Assembly (NCBI RefSeq): GCF_000150275.1
Contig: NW_002060943.1
Location: 7,122,299-7,186,298 of the forward strand
DNA length: 64,000 nucleotides
Origin: Trichoplax adhaerens
Lineage: Eukaryota; Animalia; Placozoa
Direction: 5' to 3'
The notes beneath the pieces were generated by a model. The model saw only the letters and a program-made list of their open reading frames with translations. It had not been told where the DNA came from and did not search any database. Numbering within the stretch: position 1 is the first letter of the stretch; each line of letters starts with the position of its first letter. This document shows positions 60,154-64,000 of this stretch, one piece after another. The translations under genes were made by a program, and so were the position numbers.

Positions 60154-62195
60154 ACAGTGATTAAACTGGATGTATTAAACGGATACAATGTATCCAATAG
60201 CGGAAGCCTTCAACCTAATGTCGTTTTGATGTTAATGAATTGGTTAATTACAAATTGCCTGTAGAAGCAGCTGCACAAATGTCATGATGGTATTGTCGCT
60301 TATTAATTCCTTTCAAAATTAATTAACAACAGATGAGCAATCAACGCCTATGTACAAAGTATATGTATAACGTATATGCATAGCATTGACTTCACCTCTC
60401 TGCCTTATGAGGAAAATTAATGCCTGAGTATGCCCTATCAATATTGCATACATTCTTGCCGGCTTGTAGAAATGAATAAAAAATTATAATGTTAAATGGA
60501 AAGTACTAGTATTGATAGAATAACCCTGGTGTCTTTAATCGTAAACAAGATGCAATGATGCTATACTAAATTGATTTTAGCTGGTACGATCAACGTAGCT
60601 ATCAAATGACTACTATATTGTGCTGTTAATTTGATACTGAGTACTGTAGAGTATTATAAACTGTGGAGCTACTTCAAACTTAAGTCTGAAGTTGATAGTA
60701 ATTGGTAGTCTTGAAATGGTCAATTTATGAACTTAATGTAGATGGCAGTTATGCTGAAGGTTTCTTAAAAGTGTGATAGCTTTCGTTGCAATACAGAATA
60801 GTGGGCTACTAGTATGTAGAAATAGTGTATATCAATTGCTAAGCACTGTAGACATAAATATATCTTAAACCCTTACTGTAGAATAGCTTAATTTAATCGT
60901 TTCTGAGTTGTTGTCTCTATTTTTCTTAATTTATTTGGCTGAGCCAGGTACTATAAGCAGTTTTATACACAGTACGTGCTGAATAGTGGTGCTCGGAAAA
61001 GACTACTGCACTATTGCAATTTACTGAAGCTATATCTTGGGGAGTCTTTAATTTGTATAAGGTCAAGATCCTCCATCCAGCTCTATAATTGAAGCTAATT
61101 TTTGTTGCATGCTATACAGTATCTGTATAGCAATTTCACTGCGCATCTATTTAAACAGTATTGAAAAATCTCAAATGTGATATTGATTACATTTCGTGGG
61201 CAAATCGTCAGACAGCAGGTCATGAGCCTCATAACTAATTGATCAAAACCTAGTCATTTTGTAGCTAACGTTACTTTAGCTATTGTACTTAACAGATCTG
61301 CAGTCAGCAGCAATATGAAAGCTCGGGTACGGAGCTTGACTGCAACATATTATCCGTATTGCAGAATTGTATTAGTAGCTGCATAATCGATTATTTATCT
61401 GCTACTAATTGTGGTTTTAGGCCAGTAGATGTAAGCAAAGAAACTTGGACAAGCTGGTCTACTAGCTGGCAAATTATATCCGCAAATACATGTTGGCAAC
61501 TCTCTCAATTTATCTGGCGTATTGATAACAACTAATAATTTATTATATCATGACTACCATCACCTTTAACTCTTTATGACCAATCTGGCAGTAGTGTATA
61601 CTGTTACGTATACAATAGAGACACCTGTTATATCGATATTACCGGTGTAAATTCCTTTAGTTACCCTTCTATACTACCTTATAAGGAAAAGGAGAATGAA
61701 AATCTTATACAGATGGCATTTAGCTTAGCGAATTTCAATATCAATATCAGTACACCATGCAACCTAATTTTAGGTGGAATAGCGCACGATTACAAATATC
61801 TTTAGATTATCTCCAATTCTTTTGTTTAAATCTCCTATGATTAAAGGTGACGGTTTAATTAATGTTTACTAAATTTCAGCATTACTATTACTGTTAACAC
61901 TTTATACCCGTACACTGTAGTGATGCCTTCCGTACTGATTCTAAAAATATCATTTAAATTGATTGACTGATTTAAGCGATCGTGAATGAATCCTAAATAT
62001 GATCAATGCAATCTTTGCAATCATTCTTACGATTTCAGCTGTTTCTTAAAATACAAGAACAAGTAAATTTTAATTATAAGCGTTTAAAAGAATAGCAGCA
62101 GAAATGTGGTAACTGTGAGGCTTTTTCCACTGGTAGCAAGATCTTCAAGATGTGTACGATTAATAATACATAATAGTACATTGCCGGAAACGTAA

Positions 62196-63141
62196 CTTCA
62201 ATCAGATGCTCATTGCCAACATAGAGAAGTCTTTAACAGTAGCCTTAAACTCGCCGGTACTTTTAATCAACAATTAAAAGATCTTAATACCGTTGCATAT
62301 CAAAAACTTAAACAAGAGGTTACAACTGCTATAATACTAATCACAATTCATCGTCTACTACCAAAAGTAGCTTTCAACGCGTAGTAGTTACTGATTTCAT
62401 AACAGGTAGCATCGTTACGGATTTCTATATAGTTTTTAAAGAAAATTCTAAAATAAATCCCAGTGAACTGGCTAATGTCATTTCTACAAACAATTTGATT
62501 ATTCAAGGACAATCCATACAAAATGTGACAATTACCGATTTCAATGAGTGTGCTAGAGCAACCGATAATACCTGTAATAGCAATCAAAATTGTATTAATT
62601 TATACGGCACATATACTTGCCAATGTAAGATAGGTTTTACTGGTTCTGGTTGTGTTGATATTAATGAGCGTACGACTATTGAACCGTGTGCAAATAAGAC
62701 TGTATGTTCGAATACTGAAGGATCTTATACTTGTACATGTCGAACAGGATACCAAGGCGATTCATATTCTACTTCAGGTTGCAGTGTTTCCTGTAGTACT
62801 AATTACTGTCTTAATGGTGGAACCTGCACATACGAAAACAGTGGGCACATATATATTTGCGACAAGGCTTACACTGGAACAATATGTGAAACTCGTTGGA
62901 AACCGGACTTTCGGAATGGGAAATTGCTAGTCTTGCTATAGGATCAATTTTTGGAGCCATTATAATGGTTATAATGATTATAGCTATCTACCGAATAGGA
63001 AATCAACTAAAATTGACTAAATTAGAGTATAATATAACATATCCACCATTGAAGGAAGAGCATGCTTGTATCGAGTTAGAGAAATCAAATGTTGCTAGTT
63101 CTCCTCAAGAATACGACGATAAATTTAATTTCTATTTTTAA
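62196..63141 (+). pseudogene. Frameshifted SEA-EGF_CA-EGF_CA-EGF-TM cell-surface protein remnant
   Basis: The SEA-like segment (FNSSLKLAGTFNQQLKDLNTVAYQKLKQEV / FQRVVVTDFITGSIVTDFYIVF) is split by a frameshift at ~62325-62340. EGF repeats have lost cysteines (DINERTT, HIYICDK). A second frameshift at ~62891-62896 precedes the TM (IASLAIGSIFGAIIMVIMIIAIY). Confidence 0.75.
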
Positions 63142-64000
63142 TTAGCGTTATGTAGCTTTTTTATCTTTTACAGTATAGATCTCGTTTGAATTATCTTAAC
63201 AAGTCTTTTACTAACTTTGTAGTTTGGTTATTTAGTTAACGTTCATGGTTATCCATCGTTAAATATTGCTATTGATCGGTCGGAATTCCATAAGATATTA
63301 CGATTATTTGACGATGTTTTTTAATAAATTAATAATTAACTTTAGTCTCAATAATCCACTACAGCATATTAATATTTGGTTAAATTGGTTAAATTTGTTC
63401 CTATAGCATAGCCATACCGTACAGTATGTTTTCACAGGGACAATTCAGATCGAATAACGCAAATGTGGGGTACGAATAATTAAAAGTGGAATAATTTAGC
63501 CTAGAGGAGAGAGAAAATTGTTGTTGATCACGTACAACTTTGTTAATTTGTAAATTAATTAAGACCTATGAACATAACTATAATGGGCACACCGCATCGT
63601 TTCGACAAAAACGATACAATCAATACTCGTATCTTGAATTTAGAATAATTTGTACCTGTTTAGCATTTAAAATTTTTCCTCCTCATAATCCGATCGCCTT
63701 GGGTAATGTGTAATACTATACTTTGTGATGTACGTTTTGAAATTAAACTATGCATTTCGTATTTTTTAAATAGGCTTTTTAGTCGTTTAATTTCATTTAG
63801 GGATATGATTCTCTTGGCAGTAGAATTATTATTCTAGGTTCCGCTACAGGATAATAATAAATACTAATGTTAATGGTTTATTGTTATCATTAGCGCACTT
63901 ATACAGTATAGCTTTGCTTATCTAAATGCTTATACGAGTATTATTATACTCATGAATAGTATTTCGTTCCTAGTAGGTAATAGTATAAAGTGGCTAATGT

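Overview
AT-rich (~30% GC by eye), intron-dense eukaryotic DNA from an early-branching animal. The style suggests a placozoan such as Trichoplax (inference). The ORF track shows only exon fragments, so I spliced the genes by hand. Left to right: (1) two tandem minus-strand paralogous adhesion GPCR genes (signal peptide, LRRs, several Ig domains, hormone-binding domain, GAIN/GPS, 7TM); the left copy runs off the window, and decayed tandem repeats lie between them; (2) a 5-copy ~111-bp array and a TACAGTA/TACTGTA palindrome-rich tract; (3) a DDT/WHIM-type (CECR2/RSF1-like) chromatin gene with a Q/P/Y-rich tail and no bromodomain or PHD; (4) YIPF3, divergent from KIF3B, with a long GU-rich minus-strand hairpin in the spacer; (5) three consecutive ciliary genes, KIF3B, DNAAF1 and DNAAF3, with RFX X-box-like motifs; (6) NDUFV3 with a perfect NRF1 palindrome upstream; (7) a frameshifted SEA-EGF-TM pseudogene. 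No CRISPR array, tRNA, rRNA or autonomous mobile element is supported. The best leads are the candidate structured RNA at ~39.3-39.6 kb, the ciliary gene cluster, the reader-less DDT-WHIM protein and the repeat complex upstream of it.
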